Origin: Patescibacteria group bacterium
Lineage (GTDB): Bacteria > Patescibacteriota > Patescibacteriia > JAHIZJ01
DNA: 64,000 bases
Assembly (NCBI GenBank): GCA_041650335.1
Contig: JBAZLK010000003.1
Coordinates: 57,765 to 121,764, forward strand
Direction of reading: 5' to 3'
Positions 47,197 through 57,143 of the stretch are shown here, piece after piece (the stretch's first letter is position 1; each line of letters starts with the position of its first letter). Made by a program: the position numbers and the translations under genes. A model generated the notes under the pieces. The model was not told where the DNA came from. It saw only the letters and a list, made by a program, of their open reading frames with translations, and made no database searches.

Positions 47197-48618
47197 ATGA
47201 CACTTACCCGACGCATCGCCCACAATACTTTTTATCAAACGCTCGGCCGAATCATCAGCACGATTCTCGGCCTCGTTGTTTTTGGCCTGTTGGCTCGCTA
47301 TCTCGGCACGGACGGGTATGGACAGTATTCAACGGTCATCGCTTTTATCCAGATCTTCGCGGTCGTGCTCGACCTCGGCCTCTATATTATCCTGATCAAA
47401 AAGATTTCCGAACCGGATGCCCCAGTCGAGCGCATCGTCAATAACGTTTTTACCCTGCGTTTCTTTTCAGCCATTATTTTTCTCAGCCTGGCGCCGATTG
47501 TGGCTCTGTTTTTTCCGTATCCCGCCCCAATAAAAATCGGGATCGCCATCACCACACTTTCCTACCTTTTCATCTCCCTGAACCAGGTCCTGACCGGACT
47601 GTTCCAAAAAAATCTGCAGATGAACAAAATCGCCGTGGCTGAGGTCGTCGGACGGATTGCTCTTTTGGCAGCGACCGGCGCGGTGCTTTTTTTTCACCTC
47701 AATCTGTACGCCGTTTTTGGATCAGTCATTGCCGGAAGCTTGGCAAACTTTTTGTACGTGTTTATTTCAGCCCATAAATTCGTTCGCCTCCGCTTCACGT
47801 TTGATTGGCCGATCTGGCGCCAGGTTTTGAGCGAATCTTGGCCGATCGGCCTGTCGGTGGCGCTTAATCTGATTTATTTTAAGGCCGATACCGTGATCTT
47901 ATCGCTCTACCGACCAGCGGCGGACGTCGGCATTTACGGAGCCACGTACAAGGTTCTCGAAGTCTTAGTCACTATTCCGGCAATGTTCGCCGGGCTGATC
48001 ATGCCGCTTATTACCGCCGCCTTCGTGGTCAAAGATCTCGAACGTTTCCGATTCGTCATGCAACGGGCCTTTGATTTCCTGGCCATGATGGCCTTGCCGC
48101 TGATCGGCGGGACGGTCTTCATCGCCACGCCGCTGATGGTTTTGGTCGCGGGCGGCGAGTTCTCGGCCGCTGGTTCAGTTTTGAAAATCCTGGTCGTGGC
48201 CACCGGCATTATCTTCATCGGCAGTTTATTCGGCAACGCGGTCGTGGCCGTGAACCGGCAAAAGCCGATGATCTGGATTTATCTGGCCGTCGCGGTCATC
48301 TCGCTCACCGGCTATCTCATTCTCATTCCCCGCTATAGCTATTACGGCGCCGCCGGCGTCACGGTCGCGTCTGAAACGATGATCATGCTCGGCTCTTATT
48401 TCATGGTTAATCGAGCGGCTCAGTTGAAGCTCCGGTTCGGTAAGATCGGAAAAATGGTGCTTGCAACCGCAGTCATGTCAGGCGCCCTTTGGCTCAGCCG
48501 CGACCTCTCCTGGCTCTGGCTGGTACCGATCGGACTCGGGGTCTACGTCGTCTGCCTCTACCTCTTCCGAGTCGTCTCAAAAGCCGAATTAAAAGAAATC
48601 CTATCGCTCTCCCGATGA
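47197..48618 (+). CDS. polysaccharide biosynthesis protein / Wzx-like oligosaccharide flippase (MOP superfamily)
   Basis: 473 aa, ~12-14 TM. The N-terminal block NTFYQTLGRIISTILGLVVFGLLARYLG is typical of Wzx/PST family. Confidence 0.75.
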   Translation: MTLTRRIAHNTFYQTLGRIISTILGLVVFGLLARYLGTDGYGQYSTVIAFIQIFAVVLDLGLYIILIKKISEPDAPVERIVNNVFTLRFFSAIIFLSLAPIVALFFPYPAPIKIGIAITTLSYLFISLNQVLTGLFQKNLQMNKIAVAEVVGRIALLAATGAVLFFHLNLYAVFGSVIAGSLANFLYVFISAHKFVRLRFTFDWPIWRQVLSESWPIGLSVALNLIYFKADTVILSLYRPAADVGIYGATYKVLEVLVTIPAMFAGLIMPLITAAFVVKDLERFRFVMQRAFDFLAMMALPLIGGTVFIATPLMVLVAGGEFSAAGSVLKILVVATGIIFIGSLFGNAVVAVNRQKPMIWIYLAVAVISLTGYLILIPRYSYYGAAGVTVASETMIMLGSYFMVNRAAQLKLRFGKIGKMVLATAVMSGALWLSRDLSWLWLVPIGLGVYVVCLYLFRVVSKAELKEILSLSR

Positions 48619-49742
48619 AAAATGTTCTGATTTTGAAATTCCCTTACTCCTCTCAATACGGCGGCGGCGAACGCCACACTGTGTTACTCGTCGAACAATT
48701 GCAGAAATTGGACGTGCATTTTTTTCTCGTCTCGTCTTGTCCCGTGCTCCTGGCTGAATTCAGCCGGCGGCGTTGGCCAACGCAGAAACTCTGGCTGCCG
48801 CGAGAGCCGGTTTCAAAGATCGCCCTGCTGTTGTTTCCGCTCTGGGCGTGGCTGGCCTTTTTCATCCTGATCGGCGTACTCGTCCGCGCCCGTTTTACTC
48901 AGGGTGTTCGAACCGTTTACTGCCTCTCCCTGACGGAAAAAATACTTGCCACCATTCCAGCCCGGCTCCTCGGGCTGAGGGTCATCTGGGCTGAACACGT
49001 CGGCTTTCACCGTTGGCTGACGAAAAATCCGCTGCGATATTTCTATCGTCTGTTTTCAAAATTCGCCACGATTGTCGTGATCTCACAGGCGCTCCAGCAT
49101 CAGCTTGTCGACCTGGGCGTGGCCAAGAAAAACATCACGGTTATCTATAACGGCTTTGACTTCCCGTATTTTACCGGTCTCTGCCAACCAGCCGCCGGCC
49201 AGAAACCGGATCAATATGTGGTCGGGACATTGTGTCGGCTGGAAAAAGAAAAGGGCGTTGAGGTGTTATTGCTCGCCTGCCAAAAAGCGATTGAGATAAT
49301 CCCGTATTTACGGCTCATTATTGTCGGTGAGGGCGGCGAACGCAAGCGCCTCGAGTGGCTGGCGAAAAATCTGAGCCTTGATCGGCGTGTTCAATTCGTC
49401 GGCTTCCAGCAAGAACCGGCGCTCTGGCTCAGGGATTTTGACGTGTTCGTGCTTCCGTCGGTGAAGCGCGAGTCGTTCGGCGCGTCGCTGGTTGAGGCGC
49501 TGGCTTTGGAACGGCCCGTGGTGGCCTCAAACCTCGAGGGCATCCCAGAAATTGTCAAACAGAATGAAACCGGCCTGCTGGTCCAGCCGGGCAATTCCGA
49601 GGAGCTGGCCCAAGCGCTCATCTACCTGTATCAACACCCGGAAACAGCGCGCCAATTGGCTCAGCGCGGCCGGCAGTATGTTGAAGGTCAATTTACAGTC
49701 GAACGCATGATCAGTGCTTTTTTCCGATTGTTCAGCGAATAA
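48615..49742 (+). CDS. glycosyltransferase family 4 (GT-B)
   Basis: Start overlaps the upstream stop (ATGA). C-terminal EGIPEIVKQNETGLLVQPGNSEELAQAL is the GT4 E-x7-E nucleotide-sugar binding motif. Confidence 0.8.
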   Translation: MKNVLILKFPYSSQYGGGERHTVLLVEQLQKLDVHFFLVSSCPVLLAEFSRRRWPTQKLWLPREPVSKIALLLFPLWAWLAFFILIGVLVRARFTQGVRTVYCLSLTEKILATIPARLLGLRVIWAEHVGFHRWLTKNPLRYFYRLFSKFATIVVISQALQHQLVDLGVAKKNITVIYNGFDFPYFTGLCQPAAGQKPDQYVVGTLCRLEKEKGVEVLLLACQKAIEIIPYLRLIIVGEGGERKRLEWLAKNLSLDRRVQFVGFQQEPALWLRDFDVFVLPSVKRESFGASLVEALALERPVVASNLEGIPEIVKQNETGLLVQPGNSEELAQALIYLYQHPETARQLAQRGRQYVEGQFTVERMISAFFRLFSE

Positions 49743-49743
49743 C

Positions 49744-51234
49744 ATGGGAAACATATTAAAACAATTACGCTCACGGGAAACGATCATCGGCGGTTTGTTC
49801 GTCCTTGCCACCGTGCTGCTCTTAGGACTAGCCACCGCCAAGCTACCAGTGCTGCTGCCGCTCGGGGGGGTTGTCCTGGCCGGCCTGGCGCTCTTCACCT
49901 ATCGCTCGCCGTTCCTGGCGCTGCTGGTGATCACCTTTTTCCTGCCGTTCGAGCGCATCGGTTCTTACGACGTCGCCGGCATCACCGTCCGGCCGAGCCA
50001 GATCCTGGCGCTCATCCTGATCGTCGTCTGGTTTTTGCATGGCGTGATCAATCGGAATTTCCGGACCCAGAAGAATCCGATCATCATCCCGCTGATCGCC
50101 TTTCTCCTGATCAATCTCGTCTCGCTGACCGGCGCAGCCAATATCCAGCGCTCCATTCTCGTGTTTGCTTTTACCCTTTTCACCATCGGCTTCAGCCTCC
50201 TCATCCCGAATTACGTCACCGACGAGGTGAAGCTGCGGCGCGTCATCCGTATCCTCCTGATCACTACCACCTTGGTCGCGCTCTTTGGTCTGTGGCAATT
50301 CTTCGGCGACATGATCGGCCTGCCGACCACCCTGACCGGGCTGCGCGAGCACTATACGAAGATTGTCTTCGGCTTCCCGCGCATTCAGTCGACCGCGCTT
50401 GAGCCGCTCTATTTCGCAAATTTCCTACTCATCCCGATCGCCGTGATCTACGCGCTGCTGATCAGCCGGTCGAGCTCGATCAAAATGATTCGGCTCCTGC
50501 CGCTTTTCATTCTGACTGTTTTAAATCTTGTTTTAACCGTGTCACGCGGCGGCTACCTCGGCGTGATCGTCATTATTCTCGTGGTGAGCTTTGTTTATCT
50601 GCGAAAAATATTCCGCTGGCAATTTCTGGTTTCGCTGGTTGTTGGGATAGTCGTGGTATGGTTTTTTGCCATTCGGGCGCTCGGCTTCGGCGACGTCTTC
50701 CAATTAAATGCCGAAACCTTCCTGACCCACATCGTCGATTCTTTTTCCGGCCCGGCCTACACTGAACGCATCGAGACGTTTCAGTGGGCTGAAGAGGCCT
50801 GGCGGGCAAATCCGATCCTCGGCATCGGGCCCGGTCAATACGGTCCGTTCGTCTCCGCCCATCCGTATATTGAGCCAAAAGAAGGTTGGAAAATCGTGAA
50901 TAACGAGTTTATCGAATTGCTGGCGGAAACAGGTGTCCTCGGCCTGGCTGCGTTCCTGGTTGTCATCGGCAGCCTCGTCATCCGCTCGCTCAAGGCTATT
51001 GTCCGCGCACGCACGCCCTATCTCCGGGCGCTCATGACCGCGCTCCTGGCCGCCCTGCTCGGCATCCTTGCCCAGTACATGACCTTCTCTATCTTATACA
51101 TCATGCACGTCTGGTTCCTGATCGGGCTCATGGTGGCGGTTCAGAACATTATTCTGAATCCGGCCGTGACCGAACCCGATCCAACGCCCGAAGAATTGGC
51201 TAGTCATACTACCATTCAACCGCCTCAGCCATGA
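49744..51234 (+). CDS. O-antigen ligase / polymerase-like (Wzy_C domain) membrane protein
   Basis: About 12 TM. LNLVLTVSRGGYLGVIVI, then a large periplasmic loop with WAEEAWR...ILGIGPGQY. Confidence 0.65.
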   Translation: MGNILKQLRSRETIIGGLFVLATVLLLGLATAKLPVLLPLGGVVLAGLALFTYRSPFLALLVITFFLPFERIGSYDVAGITVRPSQILALILIVVWFLHGVINRNFRTQKNPIIIPLIAFLLINLVSLTGAANIQRSILVFAFTLFTIGFSLLIPNYVTDEVKLRRVIRILLITTTLVALFGLWQFFGDMIGLPTTLTGLREHYTKIVFGFPRIQSTALEPLYFANFLLIPIAVIYALLISRSSSIKMIRLLPLFILTVLNLVLTVSRGGYLGVIVIILVVSFVYLRKIFRWQFLVSLVVGIVVVWFFAIRALGFGDVFQLNAETFLTHIVDSFSGPAYTERIETFQWAEEAWRANPILGIGPGQYGPFVSAHPYIEPKEGWKIVNNEFIELLAETGVLGLAAFLVVIGSLVIRSLKAIVRARTPYLRALMTALLAALLGILAQYMTFSILYIMHVWFLIGLMVAVQNIILNPAVTEPDPTPEELASHTTIQPPQP

Positions 51235-52520
51235 TTATTGGCCTGATCAGCCTCGTTGTCTTTTTCGCCCTCGCCATCTTACGTTTCCAATGGGCGTCGC
51301 GCGTTTTGGTATTGCTGTTACCGGCGTATCTGGTTCGCTTTTCCATATTTGGCATTCCGTTCACCCTGCTCGAAGGGATGATTCTCATACTTTTCTGTGC
51401 TTGGGTCGGCCGGGTGATTGTTTTCCGCGAAGGCCGGAAATTAATCCTGCCCTGGAAATGGGTAATTCTCTTTTTCCTGGCCGCCGCCACCGCATCCGTG
51501 TTCGTGGCGCCGGAACTAAAGCCTGCGCTGGGCTTATGGAAAGCCTATTTCATTGAACCAGTACTATTATTTCTCGTGCTGGTAAACACGGTGAAAAAAA
51601 CCTCTGAAAAACGCTGGCTCGTGTACGCTCTTGGTTTGAGCGCCATTTTCATCAGTCTCTATGCCGCCGGCCAATACCTCGGGTTTTTCAAAAGCCCGGC
51701 GCCCTGGATCAATGAAACGCCCAAGCGCGTCTCCTCGGTGTTCGACTACCCGAACGCGGTCGGCCTGTATCTCACGCCTATTGTGGTTTTATTCCTGAGC
51801 TTTTTCGCTTTCAAACGCGCAGCCGCCAACCGCCTGTTCACAGCTTTTGTCGTGATCCTCGGCCTAGCCGCCATATTTTTCTCATTCACCCGCGGGGCAA
51901 TCCTCGGCTTTGCGGCCGCGCTGGTTTTCCTCGGTTTTGTCAGTGAACGGAAAAAATTGATCTGGCTGATAATCGCCGTTACCATCGGCACCAGTCTTAT
52001 CCTGCCGGCGAGCCGCCATGTGATCAATTCGGTCGTCAGTGTAAAAGACACCTCGACCGATGTGCGCGTGGTCCTCTGGCAGGGCACCTGGAATCTCCTG
52101 AAAGCCCACCCCTGGCTCGGCGCCGGCCTCGGCGGCTTCCCCGCGCTCTACGACAAATACCGGCTGATCAAACATACGGAGCTCCTGCTCTATCCTCACA
52201 ATATTTTCCTCAATTTCTGGGTTGAGACCGGTTTGGCTGGCTTAATTGCCTTCCTTGGCATACTCCTGTCGTTCTTCCGCCGGGGTATCCGCGCCATCCA
52301 CACAGACAAAAGCCGCATCTGCGGTTACAGTCTCATGGCCAGCATGATCGCGCTCGTGGTCTACGGCCTGGTCGAAGCGCCCTATTTCAAGAACGACCTC
52401 TCAGCCCTGTTCTGGGTTTTATGCGCCTTAGTGGTTATCGCCAGCCGACACGTTGAACGGGACGATGTGCTTAGCCCCGAGGCGGCGGAGAGATTGAAGA
52501 AGAATAGGATGCAGGTCTGA
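51231..52520 (+). CDS. O-antigen ligase-like membrane protein, paralog of the preceding gene
   Basis: FSFTRGAILGFAAALVFL, periplasmic loop LWQGTW...GAGLGGF. Start overlaps the previous stop. Confidence 0.65.
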   Translation: MIIGLISLVVFFALAILRFQWASRVLVLLLPAYLVRFSIFGIPFTLLEGMILILFCAWVGRVIVFREGRKLILPWKWVILFFLAAATASVFVAPELKPALGLWKAYFIEPVLLFLVLVNTVKKTSEKRWLVYALGLSAIFISLYAAGQYLGFFKSPAPWINETPKRVSSVFDYPNAVGLYLTPIVVLFLSFFAFKRAAANRLFTAFVVILGLAAIFFSFTRGAILGFAAALVFLGFVSERKKLIWLIIAVTIGTSLILPASRHVINSVVSVKDTSTDVRVVLWQGTWNLLKAHPWLGAGLGGFPALYDKYRLIKHTELLLYPHNIFLNFWVETGLAGLIAFLGILLSFFRRGIRAIHTDKSRICGYSLMASMIALVVYGLVEAPYFKNDLSALFWVLCALVVIASRHVERDDVLSPEAAERLKKNRMQV

Positions 52521-52561
52521 ATTATAACAACTCGTTTCAATAAATATTCTTTTTTCACTTT

Positions 52562-52798
52562 ATGGAAATCAAGATCCTCGACGGCGCCAACCTCGATATC
52601 GACCTCGTGTCCCAGGACAAAACGTCATGGAAGCAAATGTCGTGCCCCTGGAACGAAGCTGACGGCACCAACACTCACAAATGCGCCGTTAAAAATGTTT
52701 CGATCTGCGAGTATTTTTGCGGTATTCAATATCTCGATAATGTGTTGTGCTGCTATCCAAACAAGAACGAATCAGTGGATAATAAGCAGAAAAAGTGA
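52562..52798 (+). CDS. small Cys-rich protein (78 aa, 7 Cys), AT-rich island
   Basis: MSCPWNEADGTNTHKCAVKNVSICEYFCGIQYLDNVLCCYP. No family recognised. Confidence 0.4.
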   Translation: MEIKILDGANLDIDLVSQDKTSWKQMSCPWNEADGTNTHKCAVKNVSICEYFCGIQYLDNVLCCYPNKNESVDNKQKK

Positions 52799-52880
52799 AT
52801 CGGCTGAATCGCTCGGGATGACGCGTTCAGTCCCGAGGCGGCGGCTGAAGAAAATAAGACTACCCTAAGTTAAATGAAAC

Positions 52881-53261
52881 ATGAATAATTCGGTTGGCAT
52901 ACTTTTTGAAAACGGCGAGGGGAAAATACTCTTTTTGCTGAGAGACGATAAGCCGACTATTCCCCATCCCAACCAATGGGATGTTTTGGGCGGCGTGGTG
53001 GAAGACGGTGAAACAGCCGAGCAAGCCATTGTCAGGGAAATGCACGAGGAGCTTGAACTTGATCTGAAGGATTTCAAGGTATTTAAAGTATTTCATTGGC
53101 CGGAAAAGATTGAAACTATTTTTTATAAGAAACTGGATCTGGATATTAATAAAATCAATCTTCATGAGGGGCAAAAGATAAAATATTTTTCCAAAGAAGA
53201 ATTGCTTCAAATGAATCTGGCTTTTCACGACAATGAAATAGTCAGACAGTTTTTCTTGTAA
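52881..53261 (+). CDS. NUDIX hydrolase
   Basis: NUDIX box GGVVEDGETAEQAIVREMHEELEL (Gx5Ex7REUxEExGU). Confidence 0.8.
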   Translation: MNNSVGILFENGEGKILFLLRDDKPTIPHPNQWDVLGGVVEDGETAEQAIVREMHEELELDLKDFKVFKVFHWPEKIETIFYKKLDLDINKINLHEGQKIKYFSKEELLQMNLAFHDNEIVRQFFL

Positions 53262-53270
53262 ATCCTTTTA

Positions 53271-53921
53271 ATGAATAGCCTGCCCAAAATAACAGCACCC
53301 GGCTTGGCCGTCGACATCGACGAGACGCTTTCCTGGACCATCGGCTACTGGGTGGAAAGGATGCAGGAGAAATTTGGCAATCCCGAAAATCTCACGGTCA
53401 AGGAAATAATCGAGAAGTACCGCTACACCCAGAACGTGCCCTATTGGCAGTCAGCCGAGGCCAAACAGTGGATGCACGACAAAATCAACTCCGACGATTT
53501 GCAAAAAGAACTTCCCTTAATCGAGGGTAGCAACACGTATCTAGAAAAAATCAATTCCATCATTCCGATCGCGGCGTATATAACCGTTCGACCGGAATCT
53601 GTGATTAGCGGCACCCAAGCCTGGCTCAACAAACACGGTTTCCCAAAAGCGCCTATCATCTGCAAACCGCTGGACGTAGACCATGGGGATGGTAATAGAT
53701 GGAAAGCCGATATCCTGCAAAAACTATATCCGGATATCCTGGGCATGATCGACGACAACGCACTACTTCTTGATTTCCTCGACGCCAAATACCCGGGCGT
53801 TATTTTTCTCTACGACCACCACACAATTGATAGCGCTCTTAACGTCATCGCATGCAAAAACTGGGTGGAGGTGTATGGGGAGGTGAGAAGATATTTCAGT
53901 AAAGTAAATATGGCTATTTGA
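53271..53921 (+). CDS. HAD-superfamily hydrolase, 5'(3')-deoxyribonucleotidase-like
   Basis: Motif I VDIDETL (DxDxT) and motif IV GMIDDN. Overall length and spacing resemble NT5C-type nucleotidases. Confidence 0.55.
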   Translation: MNSLPKITAPGLAVDIDETLSWTIGYWVERMQEKFGNPENLTVKEIIEKYRYTQNVPYWQSAEAKQWMHDKINSDDLQKELPLIEGSNTYLEKINSIIPIAAYITVRPESVISGTQAWLNKHGFPKAPIICKPLDVDHGDGNRWKADILQKLYPDILGMIDDNALLLDFLDAKYPGVIFLYDHHTIDSALNVIACKNWVEVYGEVRRYFSKVNMAI

Positions 53922-54029
53922 GCATTACTGACCGCGGTGATAACATGATAAAAGTGAGTGATACCACATACCAACGCCAATCAAATAAGATAACCATGGG
54001 TTAAAAGATAAATATTTTCATAATCCGCT

Positions 54030-54872
54030 ATGTCAACAGTACTAAATGATAGTTTGTACAAGAGATTTGGCCTTGAGATCGATTTGGAAGAAGTCCAATC
54101 GGGTTTTTGCATGTATACTAAAAATGTTTTACTAGATTATTTATCTCCAATTATAAGTCCTGAAATATATAACAATACGAGTATATTAAAAGAAATACAA
54201 ACGAATACTCTAACCGAGTCTTGCCGTCAGCTTTTTAAGGATCCAAGAGCATATTATAGTTATGATAATTTCATTAAAAGAATTTTCGATATAAATTGTA
54301 TATCTTTTGAAAAATATCTAATAAATTTACAAATATTCATTAACGTGCTGTTTAATTATAAACAAATTAGACCCGAACTTAATCAAGTTTTAGAAAATTT
54401 ATCGAATTATCTCATTGATTATCCAATATTAAACATCGCCCTTAAAATATATAAAAGTAAACCCGCCCAAATATTACCCTCCATATCAAAAACCATTGAT
54501 TTAAACATTGAAAATACTTTAAATATTTTAGAGACCATAAAATATAAACCAGTGCTGATAAATTATGAAGAGGGTCTAAAAGAATTTCTATTAGCAAAAA
54601 CTCAATCGCAATTGAAAGATGTTGTCGAAGACATGTTAACTGCATGTGATGAGTTAGCAAAAATAGCCTTAAAGGATAAAAATAAAGGATTCAAACACTT
54701 TTTTAAAAACAGCGACAATTACTTTAAAAATCGAAGTACTAAAGAACTTTATAGAAATCTAAAGGATTGGATGGATAGTATAAAACATGGTTCATTGAAA
54801 GATTTTGATCGGATGGATATTGAAACAATTATTAATGCCGTATCTTCATTTATAAGATTAATGGCAAAATAG
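54030..54872 (+). CDS. hypothetical protein with extreme AT bias (roughly 28% GC)
   Basis: 280-aa Ile/Asn/Lys/Leu-rich frame, uninterrupted, no motif. Confidence 0.5.
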   Translation: MSTVLNDSLYKRFGLEIDLEEVQSGFCMYTKNVLLDYLSPIISPEIYNNTSILKEIQTNTLTESCRQLFKDPRAYYSYDNFIKRIFDINCISFEKYLINLQIFINVLFNYKQIRPELNQVLENLSNYLIDYPILNIALKIYKSKPAQILPSISKTIDLNIENTLNILETIKYKPVLINYEEGLKEFLLAKTQSQLKDVVEDMLTACDELAKIALKDKNKGFKHFFKNSDNYFKNRSTKELYRNLKDWMDSIKHGSLKDFDRMDIETIINAVSSFIRLMAK

Positions 54873-54954
54873 TTTTTATATACTCTACCTAAAAAACCCG
54901 CACCGGCCAATAGAACACAATTTTATCCGCGCTTTTTAGGAAAATAATACACAT

Positions 54955-55560
54955 ATGAAACAAACAATTTGCCTATTCGGCGACAGCATCACCTGGGGCG
55001 CCTGGGATCGGGAACGGGGCGGCTGGGCTGCCCGGCTGAGAAGCTATTTGGAAACGAATAACCGCGATGTTGCCGTGTACAACTGCGGCGTATCCGGCGA
55101 TACGGTTGCGGATTTGCTTCAACGATTCGATGTCGAGTGCAAAGCCAGGGGCCCAAACATCATCGTCTTGTCGATCGGGATAAATGACTCTCGATATTAC
55201 ACGACAAAAGACAAACCAGAAACAACCCCCGAGCAATTTCAAAAGAACTTTGACGAACTTCTTAAGAAGGCAAAAAAGTATGCTGATGCAATCATCTGTT
55301 TGGGGCTCACTAAAGTGGATGAAAAGATAACAACGCCCTGCTCTTGGAAGCCAGATAAGTACTACGATGATGAAAATATCAGAAAGTATGACGCGATAAT
55401 GCAAAAGTCTTGTGACCACGCCGGTGTACTTTTTCACAGCCTGTATGACTTACTAGACTTTTCCGATCTTGTCGATGGTTTACACCCCAGCTCCAAAGGG
55501 CATGAAAAAATGTTTCTAGCGATAAAAGATTTTTTTCAGAAACAGGGGTATATATCATAG
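54955..55560 (+). CDS. SGNH/GDSL family hydrolase
   Basis: Block I ICLFGDSITWG (GDS nucleophile), block III GINDS, block V DGLHPSSKGH (DxxH). Confidence 0.8.
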   Translation: MKQTICLFGDSITWGAWDRERGGWAARLRSYLETNNRDVAVYNCGVSGDTVADLLQRFDVECKARGPNIIVLSIGINDSRYYTTKDKPETTPEQFQKNFDELLKKAKKYADAIICLGLTKVDEKITTPCSWKPDKYYDDENIRKYDAIMQKSCDHAGVLFHSLYDLLDFSDLVDGLHPSSKGHEKMFLAIKDFFQKQGYIS

Positions 55561-55667
55561 CTGGTAATTAACGTATTTCTCTACTCAGCTCGAGAAATAT
55601 TTTTTAAATTAAAAAGTCGTGCAGTAAGCCACACGACTCGAAGTTCGAAGGTGCAATTCTTCAGAGG

Positions 55668-55883
55668 TTATCGGAGAAGAATCGTGCCTGTCCGACCTTC
55701 GCAGTTGTCGCCCTTGGCGGATATGGTACCCGCGGCCAGGCGCTGCTTGATGACGCCTTCCAGGGCAGTGCCTTTGGCACACTGGAAGCCGCCTGGTCCC
55801 ATGCTCAGAAAACCGCATGTCGTCTCACCCTGGCCGGGCTGGCACGTCTTCTCGATGTGTTCTGCTGTTAGCTCCAAGATCAT
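55668..55883 (-). CDS. small Gly/Cys-containing protein (71 aa), tentative
   Basis: MILELTAEHIEKTCQPGQGETTCGFLSMGPGGFQCAKGTALEGVIKQRLAAGTISAKGDNCEGRTGTILLR. AAGGAGG precedes the start but with only 2 nt spacing. Same strand as the gene upstream of it. GC-rich. Confidence 0.3.
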   Translation of the reverse strand: MILELTAEHIEKTCQPGQGETTCGFLSMGPGGFQCAKGTALEGVIKQRLAAGTISAKGDNCEGRTGTILLR

Positions 55884-56011
55884 CACCTCCTTCTTGGTTT
55901 ACAGAACACCCTACCTTAGCACGTGCCTACGTAATGTCAAATTGCTGGAAGTTGTTAATCAAAAAAGACCCTGTTTATTACTCGTCGGGTCTCGGTAACG
56001 AGTGTGTGCTG

Positions 56012-56806
56012 CTAAACGATGCTCACGCCGGCCTGGTTGAGCTCGAGGACGATGCTCGCCTCGTCGTCCAGGATCTGGCCATCGCACCAGTCGAGGCGGT
56101 CCTCGTCACAGCCGGTGCACCGGGCGTAGAGCCGGTCGGGATTCCCGCCGGGATCGCGCCGCGTCACTTCCCAGACGCGGCCGTGCGCATCCCTGATGCC
56201 GTTGCCCAGCGCCAGATCACGCCAGGCCGTCTGCGTGATCGGGGTTCTGAATACGCCGAGCTTGACCGCAAGTTGGCGAAGAGCGTCGTTTCCGGTAGGC
56301 GCGCCGATGATCGCCATGCAGAAATCCGGGCGGGGATCGGGCACGGCGTTCCAGTGATTGGGGAACGGATTGGCGAGACGAACCTCTGTCTGCCTTCCCC
56401 GCACGTCAACGACGGCACTGAACACAGCGGTTGGGGCGCCGCCGTCCTCGCCGGTACGATCACGAAAGTCGCTGCCGCTTCCGAAGTACCGACTAACAGC
56501 GTCCGGAAACTGGTTGAAGCTCATTCGCGCCGCCTCAGCTGACGCATCGGGTTCCGTTGCGGCCGTGCCGGCATCAGTCGCCGTCACCGTGAGGCTCACC
56601 TCGAGCCGGGTGACCTCGCCGTCATCGGTGTAGTGGGGTTCCGCTGAGACACCGCTCTGGACCTGGAGGGTCCGGCGGTCCATCGACACCTGGCCGACTC
56701 GGATCTGCCCGGCCGGAGCATCCGGACCAGGATCGTAAACGCGCCAGATCTCGTACCCGTTCTCGAAACTGAATAGATCCCCGGGCTTGAGCGTGCTTAA
56801 GAGCAT
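56012..56806 (-). CDS. hypothetical protein in a GC-rich patch
   Basis: AGGAGG RBS 6 nt before the ATG at 56806 (MLLSTLKPGDLF...). 265 aa, no motif. Confidence 0.45.
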   Translation of the reverse strand: MLLSTLKPGDLFSFENGYEIWRVYDPGPDAPAGQIRVGQVSMDRRTLQVQSGVSAEPHYTDDGEVTRLEVSLTVTATDAGTAATEPDASAEAARMSFNQFPDAVSRYFGSGSDFRDRTGEDGGAPTAVFSAVVDVRGRQTEVRLANPFPNHWNAVPDPRPDFCMAIIGAPTGNDALRQLAVKLGVFRTPITQTAWRDLALGNGIRDAHGRVWEVTRRDPGGNPDRLYARCTGCDEDRLDWCDGQILDDEASIVLELNQAGVSIV

Positions 56807-57143
56807 GAGGTTCCTCCTTCTCCGTGGACATTCATGGCCATGAGCGCATCGTGACAACAACCGCCCATACTAGCATATTTCCGTGAATTGTCAAGGTGGC
56901 TATCTGAAGCGCCGTTTCAAAAAATGCGATAAAAAAGCGCCCCTATAAATACGTTTATACCACTGTCATCCCGAACTTGTTTCGGGATCTCACTGCTGCA
57001 CTATGGAGATACTGAAACAAGTTCAGTATGACAATTAGAAAACGGCGCTTTCCGGCAAAGCCGGACTTTTCTGTTACCTTTCTTTTTAAAAGGAAGGTAA
57101 CAAAGGACTTGTAAATTCACCCATCCTGAATTACGATGAGTAT

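Noticed and set aside
55651-55998. 115-aa plus-strand ORF (MQFFRGYRRRIVPVRP...).
   Set aside because: GTG start with weak RBS and an Arg/Pro-rich nonsense-like sequence. It is antisense to the better-supported minus-strand mini-protein and GC-rich region.
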